Assembly (NCBI GenBank): GCA_045565415.1 | Contig: JBJLFK010000042.1 | Coordinates: 1-62,124, forward strand | Origin: Alphaproteobacteria bacterium | GTDB lineage: Bacteria > Pseudomonadota > Alphaproteobacteria > MED-G09 | Length of the DNA stretch: 62,124 nucleotides | Direction of reading: 5' to 3' | In this document: positions 41,252-51,435 of the stretch, one piece after another | Layout of the letters: the number at the start of each line of letters is the position of its first letter | Numbering within the stretch: position 1 is the stretch's first letter | Program-made: the position numbers and the translations under genes | Notes under the pieces: model-generated | Told to the model about the DNA's origin: nothing | The model's database searches: none | The model's input: the letters and a program-made list of their open reading frames with translations, nothing else

Positions 41252-42025
41252 GTGATTACAATAACTAAAAATATTGGAAAAGTTGCAATCTTATTTCTTA
41301 ACAATACTGGTCACTTTTTTATTTTTTTTACAAAAATATTACGATCATTTTTTAAACCTTGGTATTTTAAAAATATTATTAATCAAATGATTTTTATAGG
41401 TTATTTCTCATTACCTGTGGTTTCCTTGACATCGTTTTTTACAGGCGGTGCTCTAGCCCTGCAGATATATTACGGAGGAAACCAATTTAATTCTGAAGCT
41501 ATTGTTTCTTCAATTGTAGCATTAGGTATAACAAGAGAATTAGGACCAGTTCTAGGTGGTATAGTGGTTGCAGGAAGAGTTTCTTCCGCGATTGCAGCTG
41601 AATTAGGGACCATGAAAGTTACAGAACAAATAGATGCATTAAAAACTCTTTCGGCTGACCCAATTAGTTACCTTATTGTTCCTAGAATAATTTCTGGAAT
41701 CATCATGTTACCTATCTTAATTATTTTTGCCGATATCATTGGTATTATGGGTGGATGGTTTATAGGAACACAAAGCTTAGGATTTAATGGAAGTGTTTAT
41801 ATTCAAAACACAATTGATTTCCTTGATGCCAACGATATAAGCTCTGGATTAATCAAAGCTTCTTTTTTTGGATTTATAATTACTATAATGGGTTGCTATC
41901 AAGGCTTTAATTCAAATGGTGGTGCACAGGGTGTAGGAAAAGCAACTACAAATGCAGTGGTATCAGCTTCTGTTCTTATACTGGCTTCTAATTACATTAT
42001 GACTAATCTATTTTTTGCTTCTTAA
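41252..42025 (+). CDS. mlaE: Phospholipid/lipid ABC transporter permease MlaE
   Basis: The 257-aa polytopic protein has MlaE-family sequence (ITRELGPVLGGIVVAGRVSSAIAAELGTMKVTEQIDAL). The start is GTG, directly after the dnaB stop. Confidence 0.85.
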   Translation: MITITKNIGKVAILFLNNTGHFFIFFTKILRSFFKPWYFKNIINQMIFIGYFSLPVVSLTSFFTGGALALQIYYGGNQFNSEAIVSSIVALGITRELGPVLGGIVVAGRVSSAIAAELGTMKVTEQIDALKTLSADPISYLIVPRIISGIIMLPILIIFADIIGIMGGWFIGTQSLGFNGSVYIQNTIDFLDANDISSGLIKASFFGFIITIMGCYQGFNSNGGAQGVGKATTNAVVSASVLILASNYIMTNLFFAS

Positions 42026-42026
42026 A

Positions 42027-42764
42027 ATGATAAAAATAGAAAACTTACATAAATATTTTGAAGATAAAAAAGTTTTAAATGGGGTAAATCTTCATATAAA
42101 AGAAGGGACATCTTCTGTAATTATTGGTGGCTCGGGTACTGGTAAATCTGTTTTAATTAAATGTATTTTAGGCTTATTAACTCCTGAAGAAGGCAGAATA
42201 TCAATAAAAAATAATCTCATTTTTGAAAATGGTAAATTTAAAAAAAATAATAAAATAAAAATTGGCATGCTTTTTCAAGGCGGTGCTTTATTTGATAGCC
42301 TCCAAATATGGCAAAATGTTAGTTTTTATAATATTCAAAATGGTAAAAACAAAAAATTTTGCTTAGAAGATGCAATTCTTAATCTTGAAAAAGTTGGATT
42401 AAGTAAAGATGTTGCTAGTTTATATCCTTCTGAATTATCTGGGGGAATGCAAAAAAGAGTTGCTTTAGCAAGGGCTATTTCTATTAAACCTGATATTATA
42501 TTTTTTGATGAACCTACTACTGGTCTAGATCCAATTAGTGCTGATGTTATTAATAAACTGATAATAGAAAAGGTAAGAGATATTGGCGCTACTTCTCTTA
42601 CAATAACCCATGATATGTCTAGTGCTAGAACAATATCAGATAAAATTCATATGCTTCATAAAGGTGAAATTATTTGGGAAGGAAATAAAGATACAATTGA
42701 TAGCACTGATAACCCATTTGTAGTTCAGTTTATAAATGGTTTGTCTGAAGGGCCAATAAATTAA
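42027..42764 (+). CDS. mlaF: Phospholipid/lipid ABC transporter ATP-binding protein MlaF
   Basis: Walker A GGSGTGKSV, signature LSGGMQKRVALARA and Walker B IIFFDEPTTGLD are present. I prefer ATG 42027 over the track TTG at 42015. Confidence 0.85.
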   Translation: MIKIENLHKYFEDKKVLNGVNLHIKEGTSSVIIGGSGTGKSVLIKCILGLLTPEEGRISIKNNLIFENGKFKKNNKIKIGMLFQGGALFDSLQIWQNVSFYNIQNGKNKKFCLEDAILNLEKVGLSKDVASLYPSELSGGMQKRVALARAISIKPDIIFFDEPTTGLDPISADVINKLIIEKVRDIGATSLTITHDMSSARTISDKIHMLHKGEIIWEGNKDTIDSTDNPFVVQFINGLSEGPIN

Positions 42765-42827
42765 AAGAACAATTATCTAGTAATTTTAGTAATAAAGATT
42801 TATTTATGTAAGTCGATATTTGGGAAA

Positions 42828-43373
42828 ATGATGGAAACTAATGTAATCGATTTAATTCTAATCTTTTCGATTGTGATTTCAGGTTCTTTGGCTTTGTTTC
42901 AAGGTTTTTTTAGAGAACTTCTTGCCTTACTTGGCTGGGTTGTAGCATTTGTAAATATAAAAATCTTCTTTGCTAGTCTTTCAAAATCACTAGTTATGTT
43001 TATAGAAAATGATTCTTTAAGAGATATAGTCGTTATATCAACTATCTTTATTCTCACTTTAATTATTTGGAGAGTAATCTCAATACCAATACTTAAAATT
43101 TTTAAATCAACATCTATTGGGTATTTAGACAAATTACTTGGATTTTTCTTTGGAGTATTTAGAGTTTTTGTTCTGGCCTGTATAATTTATATATACACAT
43201 TAATGCCTAATGAAAAAAAGGATTTTCCTGAATACACTAAAGATTCAAAAATACTTCCTTTAATTGAAAACCTATCGGTTAGGCTTACAGATAATTTTGA
43301 ATTTTTTAATAAAACTGAAATGCAGGATATAATTAAAAACGATAATAAAAATGAAAGCATTGAAAACAAATAA
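42828..43373 (+). CDS. cvpA: CvpA-family membrane protein (colicin V production protein)
   Basis: The 181-aa protein has four hydrophobic segments. It lies immediately upstream of and overlapping purF, as in the E. coli cvpA-purF arrangement. Confidence 0.8.
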   Translation: MMETNVIDLILIFSIVISGSLALFQGFFRELLALLGWVVAFVNIKIFFASLSKSLVMFIENDSLRDIVVISTIFILTLIIWRVISIPILKIFKSTSIGYLDKLLGFFFGVFRVFVLACIIYIYTLMPNEKKDFPEYTKDSKILPLIENLSVRLTDNFEFFNKTEMQDIIKNDNKNESIENK

Positions 43374-44835
43374 AAAATCATCGTTTATTAAAGATGATAA
43401 ATTACATGAAGAATGTGGTGTTTTTGGTGTATACAATCATGAAGATTCAGCTGCACTAACCGCATTAGGGCTTCATGCTTTACAACATCGTGGTCAAGAG
43501 GCTGCAGGAATAGTAACTTTTGATGGAACAAAGTTTATATCTGAAAGACATCCTGGATTAGTAAGTGATAACTTTACAAAAACTTCTGTAATAAATCGAT
43601 TGGTTGGAAATAGCGCTGTTGGACATAATAGATATTCAACAACAGGCGCTACCATTCAAAGAAATATCCAACCTTTTTTTGCAGATTTATGGGGTGGAGG
43701 ATTTGCAATAGCTCATAATGGAAATATTACAAACGCATTATCACTAAGAGATGAGCTCATTAGAAAAGGTTCAATCTTCCAATCAACCTCAGATACAGAA
43801 ACTATCTTGCAATTAGTTGCTAGATCTGATGCAGATAGAACATTGGATCGCTTAGTTGATGCGTTAATGCAGATTTCAGGAGCATGGGCATTAGTGATGC
43901 TAACTAATAAAAAATTAATTGGTGCTAGAGATCCTTTTGGAATAAGACCTCTCGTTTTAGGAGAGTTAGACGGCGCAAAAATATTAGCTTCAGAAACTTG
44001 TGCACTTGATATTATTGGTGCAAAATTTATACGAGAAATTGAACCTGGTGAAATCATTGTAATTACAGAAGATGGCTTGGAGAGCATTAAACCTTTTCCA
44101 AACGCAAGATTGCGTCCTTGTATATTTGAGTACATCTATTTTTCAAGACCTGATTCCATGTTAGATGGGAAATCTGTTTATGAATGCAGAAAATCATTTG
44201 GAAAAAATCTAGCTAAGGAATGCCCAGCTAACGCCGATGTTGTTGTTCCAGTTCCTGACTCGGGTGTTCCAGCAGCTTTAGGATACTCCGAAGAATCAAA
44301 AATACCTTTTGAATTATCAATAATAAGGAACCATTATGTAGGAAGAACATTTATTCTGCCAACACAGTCAAATAGACAATCATCTGTAAAACTTAAACAT
44401 AATCCTGATAGAGCCTCAATAAAAGGTAAAAGCGTAGTTTTAATAGATGACAGTGTAGTAAGAGGAACAACATCAGTCAAAATTGTTGAATTAATGAGAG
44501 AAGCTGGAGCATCTGAGATACACATGAGAATAGCCTGCCCTCCAATAAAGTATCCCGATTTCTATGGAATAGATACTCCAGAGACCGAACAATTATTAGC
44601 TTCAAATAAAAGTTTAGATGAAATGTGTAAATATATTGGCGCTGACTCACTAGGTTTCCTTTCATTAGACGGTTTATATCAGTCAATGGGATATAAAAAA
44701 GGAAGAAACAATGATAGTCCAGAATATACTGATCATTGCTTTACGGGAGACTATCCTACAAATCTTAACGATTACAAAAGCGAAAAGATTCAAGAACAAC
44801 TTTCTTTATTATCTGAAAACGAAAGTCAAAATTAG
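43351..44835 (+). CDS. purF: Amidophosphoribosyltransferase
   Basis: The Ntn-type catalytic Cys follows a short propeptide (...HEECGVFGV). The PRPP-binding loop reads VVLIDDSVVRGTT. Length is 494 aa. Confidence 0.95.
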   Translation: MKALKTNKKSSFIKDDKLHEECGVFGVYNHEDSAALTALGLHALQHRGQEAAGIVTFDGTKFISERHPGLVSDNFTKTSVINRLVGNSAVGHNRYSTTGATIQRNIQPFFADLWGGGFAIAHNGNITNALSLRDELIRKGSIFQSTSDTETILQLVARSDADRTLDRLVDALMQISGAWALVMLTNKKLIGARDPFGIRPLVLGELDGAKILASETCALDIIGAKFIREIEPGEIIVITEDGLESIKPFPNARLRPCIFEYIYFSRPDSMLDGKSVYECRKSFGKNLAKECPANADVVVPVPDSGVPAALGYSEESKIPFELSIIRNHYVGRTFILPTQSNRQSSVKLKHNPDRASIKGKSVVLIDDSVVRGTTSVKIVELMREAGASEIHMRIACPPIKYPDFYGIDTPETEQLLASNKSLDEMCKYIGADSLGFLSLDGLYQSMGYKKGRNNDSPEYTDHCFTGDYPTNLNDYKSEKIQEQLSLLSENESQN

Positions 44836-44838
44836 TTA

Positions 44839-45549
44839 ATGATTAAAGATTATAAAGATAAAATTGCTCTTGTTACTGGTTCGTCAAGAGGATTAGGAAA
44901 ATATTTATCAATCGAATTAGCAAAAAAGGGTTTTGAAATAATATTAGTTGCACGAACAGTTGGTGCACTTGAAGAGCAATATGATGAGATAATTAAGCTT
45001 GGCTCAAAATCAACAATTGTTCCGTTAGATCTTAGTGAAAATGATTCAATTGATAAATTAGGTTTTGAAATAAATAAAAAATGGGGAAGATTAGATTTAC
45101 TTGTTTCTAACGCAGCAATAACTAATGAGTTAACTCCATTATCTCATCTAAAACCTGATATTTGGGATAAAGTGATAAATTTTAACTTAACATTAAATTA
45201 TCGTTTAATTAGATCTTGTGAACACCTTCTTAAATTATCTAAAGATGCAAAATGTTTATTTATACTTGATAAAGAGACAAAAGAAGATAAACCATACCAT
45301 ATCCCTTATTCAGTAAGTAAAGCTGGACTAGAAAAAATGATCTCTATATGGGCTAAAGAGGTATTAAAAGACAACATTAATATTCATTATTGCTTTGCAC
45401 CAAGAATGAATACTTTCTTGAGAAAGACAATTATTCCTGGCCTTAATAAATCAGACTTCAATAACCCTGAAGAAATATCTGAAATAATTATAAAAAATTT
45501 ATTGAAGTCTAATAAAAAAGATAAAAATCTTATTGAAATTTTATGTTAA
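44839..45549 (+). CDS. Short-chain dehydrogenase/reductase family oxidoreductase, substrate unknown
   Basis: It has TGSSRGLG (TGxxxGxG) and YSVSKAG (YxxxK). Length is 236 aa, and it lies 3 nt downstream of purF. Confidence 0.8.
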   Translation: MIKDYKDKIALVTGSSRGLGKYLSIELAKKGFEIILVARTVGALEEQYDEIIKLGSKSTIVPLDLSENDSIDKLGFEINKKWGRLDLLVSNAAITNELTPLSHLKPDIWDKVINFNLTLNYRLIRSCEHLLKLSKDAKCLFILDKETKEDKPYHIPYSVSKAGLEKMISIWAKEVLKDNINIHYCFAPRMNTFLRKTIIPGLNKSDFNNPEEISEIIIKNLLKSNKKDKNLIEILC

Positions 45550-46890
45550 TTTTTTTTGTAAGGATTATCAGTCTTTTTATATACTATTTTAATTGGTATA
45601 CCGCTTAGAGAAAACTCTTCGCGAAGATTATTAAGTATATATCTTTTATATGAATCTAAAACTGCTTTTGGTTTATTAGTAAAAATAGCAAAATAAATGG
45701 GATTTGAATTTATTTGAGTAATATATTTAAAACGCACCTCTCTTCCATTATCAGTTGGATGAGTATGGGTTGAAGTTACTTTATCTAAAAAAGAATTAAG
45801 TTTATGTGTTGATATTTCAACAAAACTTAAATTATGCATTTGTAGAACTGTTTTCATTAATTCTTCGACTCCATGACCGCTTTTAGAGGAAATAAAAAAC
45901 TATGGATGCCCCTCTAAATTGTGATAGAGATTTAGATACTTTATCAAAAATTTTACTTTTAGAATCCTTCTTATCCTTTATTAAGTCCCATTTATTAATG
46001 GCCAATATGAATGGTTTTCCCTTTTCTTCCATATAATTTGATATTATTAAATCTTGTTTATCAAAGCCGATAGAGGCATCTATCATAAGAATTGAAATGT
46101 CGGAAGCATCAACTGATCTTAAGCTACTTTTAGAAGATTTCTTTTCTAATTCATCGCTAATTTTTGATTTTCTTCTTAAACCTGGTGTATCAATAATGAT
46201 GTAATTATTTGTTTTCCATTGGAATTCTTCTGATATTGTATCACGAGTTAAACCAGCTGTTTCTCCTACAAGCTGTCTGTCCTCTTTGAGTAAAAAATTT
46301 GTTAAAGTAGATTTTCCAGAATTTGGACGGCCTAAAATAGAAATTTTAATTTTATTATCTTCTTTTAATAAACCTGATTCATCCTCTACATCCTCGTAAT
46401 TGAATGATTCATAAATTAATGATTTAAGGTATTGAATACCCCTATTATGTTCAGCAGATATATTTATTGATTCTCCAAAACCAAAAGAATCAAACTTTAA
46501 GGCTTCCTGATCTTGTTTTACTGTTTCACATTTATTAGCTACTAAAAATATCTTTTTTCCGCTCTTGCGAACCAATTTTGTTAAAAATAAATCATCAGAA
46601 GTTATTTCAGAACGAACATCAACAAGAAAAAGTATAGCATCAGATTTTTTGATTACTTTTTTGGAAGTCTCTTTAAGTATTTTTGATAAATTTTTCTTGT
46701 TAGTTTCTTCTAATCCCGCTGTATCAATTAATTCTATATTAAGACTTCGGTCAGTATATTTTTCAATTATATAATCCCTAGTAACTCCCGGATTATCAGC
46801 AACAATAGCCCTATTTTTTCCTATTAATCTATTAAAGAGTGTAGATTTACCAACATTTGGCCTTCCAATAATTGCTATAGTTTTGACCAT
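45546..46890 (-). pseudogene. der: Ribosome-associated GTPase Der (EngA), split by a single-base frame break in a T6 run (possibly an indel error)
   Basis: The track ORF 45883..46890 carries two G domains (GRPNVGKSTLFN and GRPNSGKSTLTN). The track ORF 45546..45857 is the C-terminal KH-like domain. Reading the +1 frame from 45893 gives ISSKSGHGVEELMKTVLQ..., continuous with ...QFRGASIVF. Together they make 447 codons. Confidence 0.9.
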
Positions 46891-46907
46891 AACACTATAA
46901 CTTAAGC

Positions 46908-48236
46908 TTAATTATAAGCTGAAAGATCTCCATTATCGTTTAAAATATAAACAGTATTATTTACTACTAAAGGCGGTAAATAGCTAGATCCAGATATTTT
47001 ATCAGAATTTAAAATCTCACCATCATCCGGGGAAACCCAAATTGCTTTACCTTCCGATGAAATTGCTAGTAATTTACTTGAAACCATAACTGGCCCACTC
47101 CACTGGATAGGGTTTTTCTTCTTCTCTTCATTCCTATACTGCTCTAATTGTGTAACCCAACGAATTTTTCCTGACCTTTTGGATATACATACTAACTCTG
47201 CATTAGATGTTAAAACAAATAACCAATCACCTGAAAGCCAAGGCGTTTCTGTGCTCGACATATCAATTGTCCATACTCTTTCGCCAGTTGAAATATCAAT
47301 AGAAACCATTCTACCTGCATGACTAACACTAAATAATTGACCATCATCAATGATTGGTCGTGCTGTTATAGAATTAATTTCGGAAAGTGAAGTAGATGAG
47401 CCTGTTCTTGATAAAGAGTCACTCCAAATAACTGATCCGTTTAATGGTCTTATTGCATAAATTTCTCCGGAAGAATAAGGAACAAATATTAAACCATCTC
47501 CTACAGAAACTGAAGTTGATGATAAAATTGTTGCTGACTCTAATATTCCTCTATGTGTCCACATTACTTCGCCTGAATCCTTATCTACTGCGAAGAGTTG
47601 ATTATCATGTGTCATAACAAAAACAAGATCTTGAAAAACTATTGGTGAAGATCTACTAGGAATCCTCATATTCAATTCCCATAGCATTTCACCTGAATCA
47701 GCTAAGAACGCATATAAATATCCAAATCCAGTTGAGGCATAAATAACTCCATCAGAAAATGATAACCCCCCACCAAAACCTTCTCTTTTATTTTCTTTTT
47801 TTATAGCAAGGTTGTTATTCCATATTCTTTTTCTTTTATTTATATCAAAGGCTTGAATTCTTGAATCTGAAGATAAAGAAAAGACCTTATTATCAGCTAT
47901 TATTGGCATGGATATCAAATAAGCCATTTTTGTTGAACCAGTTCCTATCTTCATATTCCATTTTCTATTTAGAGAAGTTGGTCCAGATAAGTTTTCTAAT
48001 GCATTATTAAGTGATCCGCCAGGGTATAGCCAATCAGAGTTTGTTTTTTCCTGCGGTAAAGCAATATTGCTTTGAAGTGTTTGAGGATCAGAAACAAGAT
48101 TTTTTCTTAATTTAAGAATTGATATTCTATCACCCTTTATACGGTCTTTATCAATATCGCTTCCACCAAAAAAGTTTGAGGACCCACACGAACTTAATAA
48201 AGGTAAAATTATCAAAATTGTAATTAATCTATTCAT
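46908..48236 (-). CDS. bamB: Outer membrane protein assembly factor BamB (PQQ-like beta-propeller lipoprotein)
   Basis: It has a lipoprotein signal with lipobox LLSSC, when started at M7 (48236) of the track ORF. Repeated beta-propeller blades follow. It lies between the yfgM-like gene and der, as in E. coli. Confidence 0.85.
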   Translation of the reverse strand: MNRLITILIILPLLSSCGSSNFFGGSDIDKDRIKGDRISILKLRKNLVSDPQTLQSNIALPQEKTNSDWLYPGGSLNNALENLSGPTSLNRKWNMKIGTGSTKMAYLISMPIIADNKVFSLSSDSRIQAFDINKRKRIWNNNLAIKKENKREGFGGGLSFSDGVIYASTGFGYLYAFLADSGEMLWELNMRIPSRSSPIVFQDLVFVMTHDNQLFAVDKDSGEVMWTHRGILESATILSSTSVSVGDGLIFVPYSSGEIYAIRPLNGSVIWSDSLSRTGSSTSLSEINSITARPIIDDGQLFSVSHAGRMVSIDISTGERVWTIDMSSTETPWLSGDWLFVLTSNAELVCISKRSGKIRWVTQLEQYRNEEKKKNPIQWSGPVMVSSKLLAISSEGKAIWVSPDDGEILNSDKISGSSYLPPLVVNNTVYILNDNGDLSAYN

Positions 48237-48237
48237 A

Positions 48238-48909
48238 TTATTTAACATTATCATAACTTAAAATTTGTTCAGAAAATATTTTCGACCTTGAGGCGATATT
48301 CCTTGGAGAAGATGCGTCATTCGCAATTTCACTAAACTTTTTTGATGACTCTTGATATCTATTATCCCTGTAATAAGCCAAAGCAATAATTTCCTTTGCA
48401 TAAAAAGAAAAGGGACCTGTGGAATTTAAGATACTAGATAATTTATCTTCAATATTGGTAATCTCAGCATTATCAAGCATAATATATCCTGATTTTAAAA
48501 TAGCAAAATCGTTAATTTTTTTTGAAAGATTTTTATCTTTTGCTGCTTTATCTAAATATTCTAATGCCAAGACTTTGTTGCCTTCTTTAACTGCAATATT
48601 TGATAAATTAAACAAAGAAAGGCCAGAATATCCATTAGATTCATTTACTAATGACTCAAAAATATCAATTGCATCATTGTTATTTTCACTGTCTAAAACT
48701 GCTAGTGCTTTTTCATATTGATCAGATGAATTTTCGGAATTTTTGTATCCTAAATATTTAGAAAACTCATAACCTCCAAAAGACATTATAATAATCAATA
48801 TTACTGCAATAAGGTATAAACCAAATCTATCCCATAAAGCTTTAAGTTGCTTCTTTCTTAATTCTTCTTCAATTTCATTTTCTAATGGTTCTGACATAAC
48901 CTTCTCCAA
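48238..48909 (-). CDS. YfgM-like membrane-anchored TPR-like protein
   Basis: It has an N-terminal TM segment (LYLIAVILIIIMSFGGY) followed by a helical TPR-like domain. Its position upstream of bamB-der matches E. coli yfgM-bamB-der. Confidence 0.6.
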   Translation of the reverse strand: MEKVMSEPLENEIEEELRKKQLKALWDRFGLYLIAVILIIIMSFGGYEFSKYLGYKNSENSSDQYEKALAVLDSENNNDAIDIFESLVNESNGYSGLSLFNLSNIAVKEGNKVLALEYLDKAAKDKNLSKKINDFAILKSGYIMLDNAEITNIEDKLSSILNSTGPFSFYAKEIIALAYYRDNRYQESSKKFSEIANDASSPRNIASRSKIFSEQILSYDNVK

Positions 48910-48952
48910 ACTATAAAGGAAATTAGAGGTAAAAATATGTTATAACAAGTTT

Positions 48953-49831
48953 ATGTTTATATTTAAATTAATAAGATATGCAATGGAAATGCAATTAATT
49001 GTTCTATTAACTATATATTGTAAGTTATTTAATATAGACAAAACATCAAAACAAATTGGTTTACTATCCAGAATGCTTGGCCCAAAACTAGGTATTTCGA
49101 AAAGAGCTAATCAAAATTTATTGGACGCAATACCAAGCTTAAATAAAAGTAAAAGGTCAGAAATAATAATAGATATGTGGGAAAATTTAGGAAGAACTTC
49201 AGCAGAATTTATTAATATAAAAACACTCATCAAAGAAAATAGCAGAATAAATATTAAAGGGAGGGAGATCTTAGAAGCAAATAAAAATAATGGAGTAATT
49301 TATGTATCTGGCCATATAGCAAATTGGGAAATTATTCCCATAGCAATAAAAGAGGTAGACCATCTAGTTGGTGCGGTTTTTCGTGAATCAAATAATTATT
49401 TTTTTAATAAATGGATGATTCAACAAAGAAAACTAATAACAGAACATCAATTTCCCAAAGGCCCCACTGGAACTAAAGAGATATTAAATTTTTTAAAAGA
49501 TAATGGAAGCGTAGCTATGTTAGTTGATCAAAAACTATCTAATGGAGTAAAGGCTAATTTTTTTGGCCTAAAAGCTATGACTGCCTCAACACCCGCGTCA
49601 CTTTCATTAAAATATGGATACCCTGTGATACCCATTAAAGTAAAAAGAAAAGATGGAGTTAATTTTGAAATTGAATTTTTCGATAAAATTGAAATTGATA
49701 CAACAGGAAATATTGAAATTGATATCCTTAATTTTACGAATAAAATTAATTTATTTTTAGAAAAAATTATTTCAGATAACCCTAAAGAATGGCTCTGGCT
49801 ACATAATAGATGGGATAAAAGATTTAATTAG
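48953..49831 (+). CDS. Lipid A biosynthesis (Kdo)2-lipid IVA acyltransferase family protein (LpxL/HtrB-like)
   Basis: The acyltransferase H-x4-E motif is present in SGHIANWEI. The C-terminal ...NPKEWLWLHNRW is typical of the LpxL/MsbB family. Length is 292 aa. Confidence 0.75.
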   Translation: MFIFKLIRYAMEMQLIVLLTIYCKLFNIDKTSKQIGLLSRMLGPKLGISKRANQNLLDAIPSLNKSKRSEIIIDMWENLGRTSAEFINIKTLIKENSRINIKGREILEANKNNGVIYVSGHIANWEIIPIAIKEVDHLVGAVFRESNNYFFNKWMIQQRKLITEHQFPKGPTGTKEILNFLKDNGSVAMLVDQKLSNGVKANFFGLKAMTASTPASLSLKYGYPVIPIKVKRKDGVNFEIEFFDKIEIDTTGNIEIDILNFTNKINLFLEKIISDNPKEWLWLHNRWDKRFN

Positions 49832-50015
49832 TATCAGATAACATACCTTTTAATGAGCTATCAGCATCAAAATATGGCTCTTGTTTATCAACTGACCAAT
49901 ATTTTAATTCATTTATGGTTATTCTTTTTTTTGTGACGGCACAAATTACATATTCACCTCTTTCTAGAACTTGAAAATTACCATCACCGTATATTAATTT
50001 TGCTTCGTTATTCAT
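49824..50015 (-). CDS. Small conserved alphaproteobacterial protein, DUF2093-like
   Basis: The 63-aa ORF contains ...YVICAVTKKRITINELKYWSVDKQEPY..., which resembles the DUF2093 family as I remember it. It lies 3 nt downstream of xseA. Confidence 0.5.
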   Translation of the reverse strand: MNNEAKLIYGDGNFQVLERGEYVICAVTKKRITINELKYWSVDKQEPYFDADSSLKGMLSDTN

Positions 50016-50018
50016 AAT

Positions 50019-51371
50019 TTATTTATCTTTTTTAAGACTAACCTTTATCTTGTCATTTTTATAAAAATTTATCATTAATTCATCATTCATTTTCAATTTT
50101 TTAGAATCAGTAACTATCTTTGAATTCTTATCCTTTATAACAGCAAAACCTCTTTTAAGCACACTGTTGTAACTCAAAACATCCAGCATTCCTGATTGAA
50201 GTTGGAGCGAATTAATCTTACTTTCAATAATATTCGAAGCAGATTTAAGCAATCTATGTGAAGCATTCAAGTGCATATCTTCTGACTTATCAAAATTTCT
50301 AATCAAATTATTAATCTTTAAATGCTCAACCTTTCGTATGAAAATATCCTTATAACTTTTTATCATTGAAACAAGAGATATATTAAGGATTGAGCTTGTC
50401 TTATTAAATCTTAAATTATAATTTCTTAATAATGTATCTAATTTAGGTAAAGCCTTATCTATTAATATTAATGATCTCTTTTCATAATCTAACTTGTTAT
50501 TTATGTAATTTTTTATTCTTTCAAATAAATCTTTAGTCGAAACTAATAAATCTCTTCTTACTGGTACTGCCATTTCTGCAGCTGCAGTTGGGGTTGGAGC
50601 CCTTAAATCCGCAACTAAATCAATAAGTGTTGTATCTGTTTCATGGCCAATTGCTGAAATTATAGGAATTTTTGATTCAAAAACTTTACGAACTAACCCT
50701 TCATCATTAAAACCCCATAAATCTTCAACACTTCCTCCACCTCTAGCAATTATAATAACATCTGGTTTTTCTAAATTACTTTGCTCAAGCAAATGAAATC
50801 CTTCAATAGCATCTATCACTTCCTCGGATGATGACTCTCCTTGAACCTTTACAGGCCATAATGTTATATTAACGGGAAACCTATCATGAATTCTATGAAG
50901 AATGTCTCTTATTACAGCTCCAGTTGGACTAGTTATCACTCCAATTCTTCTAGGTAAAAAAGGAATATTTTTTTTATGATCATCATCAAATAGCCCTTCT
51001 TTTAATAGTTTATCTTTTCTTTTTTCTAGCAAGGCCATTAAAGCGCCAATGCCAGCAGGTTCCATATTTTCTATTATAATTTGATATTTAGACTGACCAG
51101 AATAAGTAGTTACTTTTCCTATGCAAACAACCTCTAATCCTTCCTCAGGAAGAATATCTAATTTATTCACATTACCTTTCCAAACAATTCCTGATATTAC
51201 AGAAGCATCATCTTTCAAGTCTAGGTAGATATGTCCTGAATTAGGCTTTGAAACCCTACCTATTTCAGCTTTTATTCTTATATAATCAAAATTATCTTCA
51301 ATTATTCTCTTAATAGAATTAGAAAGTTCAGAAACGGTATATTCAAGACTATTTATTAAATTATCATTCAT
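50019..51371 (-). CDS. xseA: Exodeoxyribonuclease VII large subunit
   Basis: The N-terminal OB-fold reads ...RIKAEIGRVSKPNSGHIYLDLKD. The catalytic region reads GVITSPTGAVIRDI and ARGGGSVEDLWGFN. Length is 450 aa. Confidence 0.9.
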   Translation of the reverse strand: MNDNLINSLEYTVSELSNSIKRIIEDNFDYIRIKAEIGRVSKPNSGHIYLDLKDDASVISGIVWKGNVNKLDILPEEGLEVVCIGKVTTYSGQSKYQIIIENMEPAGIGALMALLEKRKDKLLKEGLFDDDHKKNIPFLPRRIGVITSPTGAVIRDILHRIHDRFPVNITLWPVKVQGESSSEEVIDAIEGFHLLEQSNLEKPDVIIIARGGGSVEDLWGFNDEGLVRKVFESKIPIISAIGHETDTTLIDLVADLRAPTPTAAAEMAVPVRRDLLVSTKDLFERIKNYINNKLDYEKRSLILIDKALPKLDTLLRNYNLRFNKTSSILNISLVSMIKSYKDIFIRKVEHLKINNLIRNFDKSEDMHLNASHRLLKSASNIIESKINSLQLQSGMLDVLSYNSVLKRGFAVIKDKNSKIVTDSKKLKMNDELMINFYKNDKIKVSLKKDK

Positions 51372-51435
51372 TATGTAGCTTTTTTTTATTCTAAATTAAC
51401 TTATAATACTTCAAAATCAATATAATATAATTAAC

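Noticed and set aside
43713-44135. A 140-aa minus-strand ORF antisense to purF.
   Set aside because: The reasoning is the same: it is nested in a highly conserved gene, has Ser/Pro/Ile-rich shadow-ORF composition, and has no motif, RBS or independent evidence.
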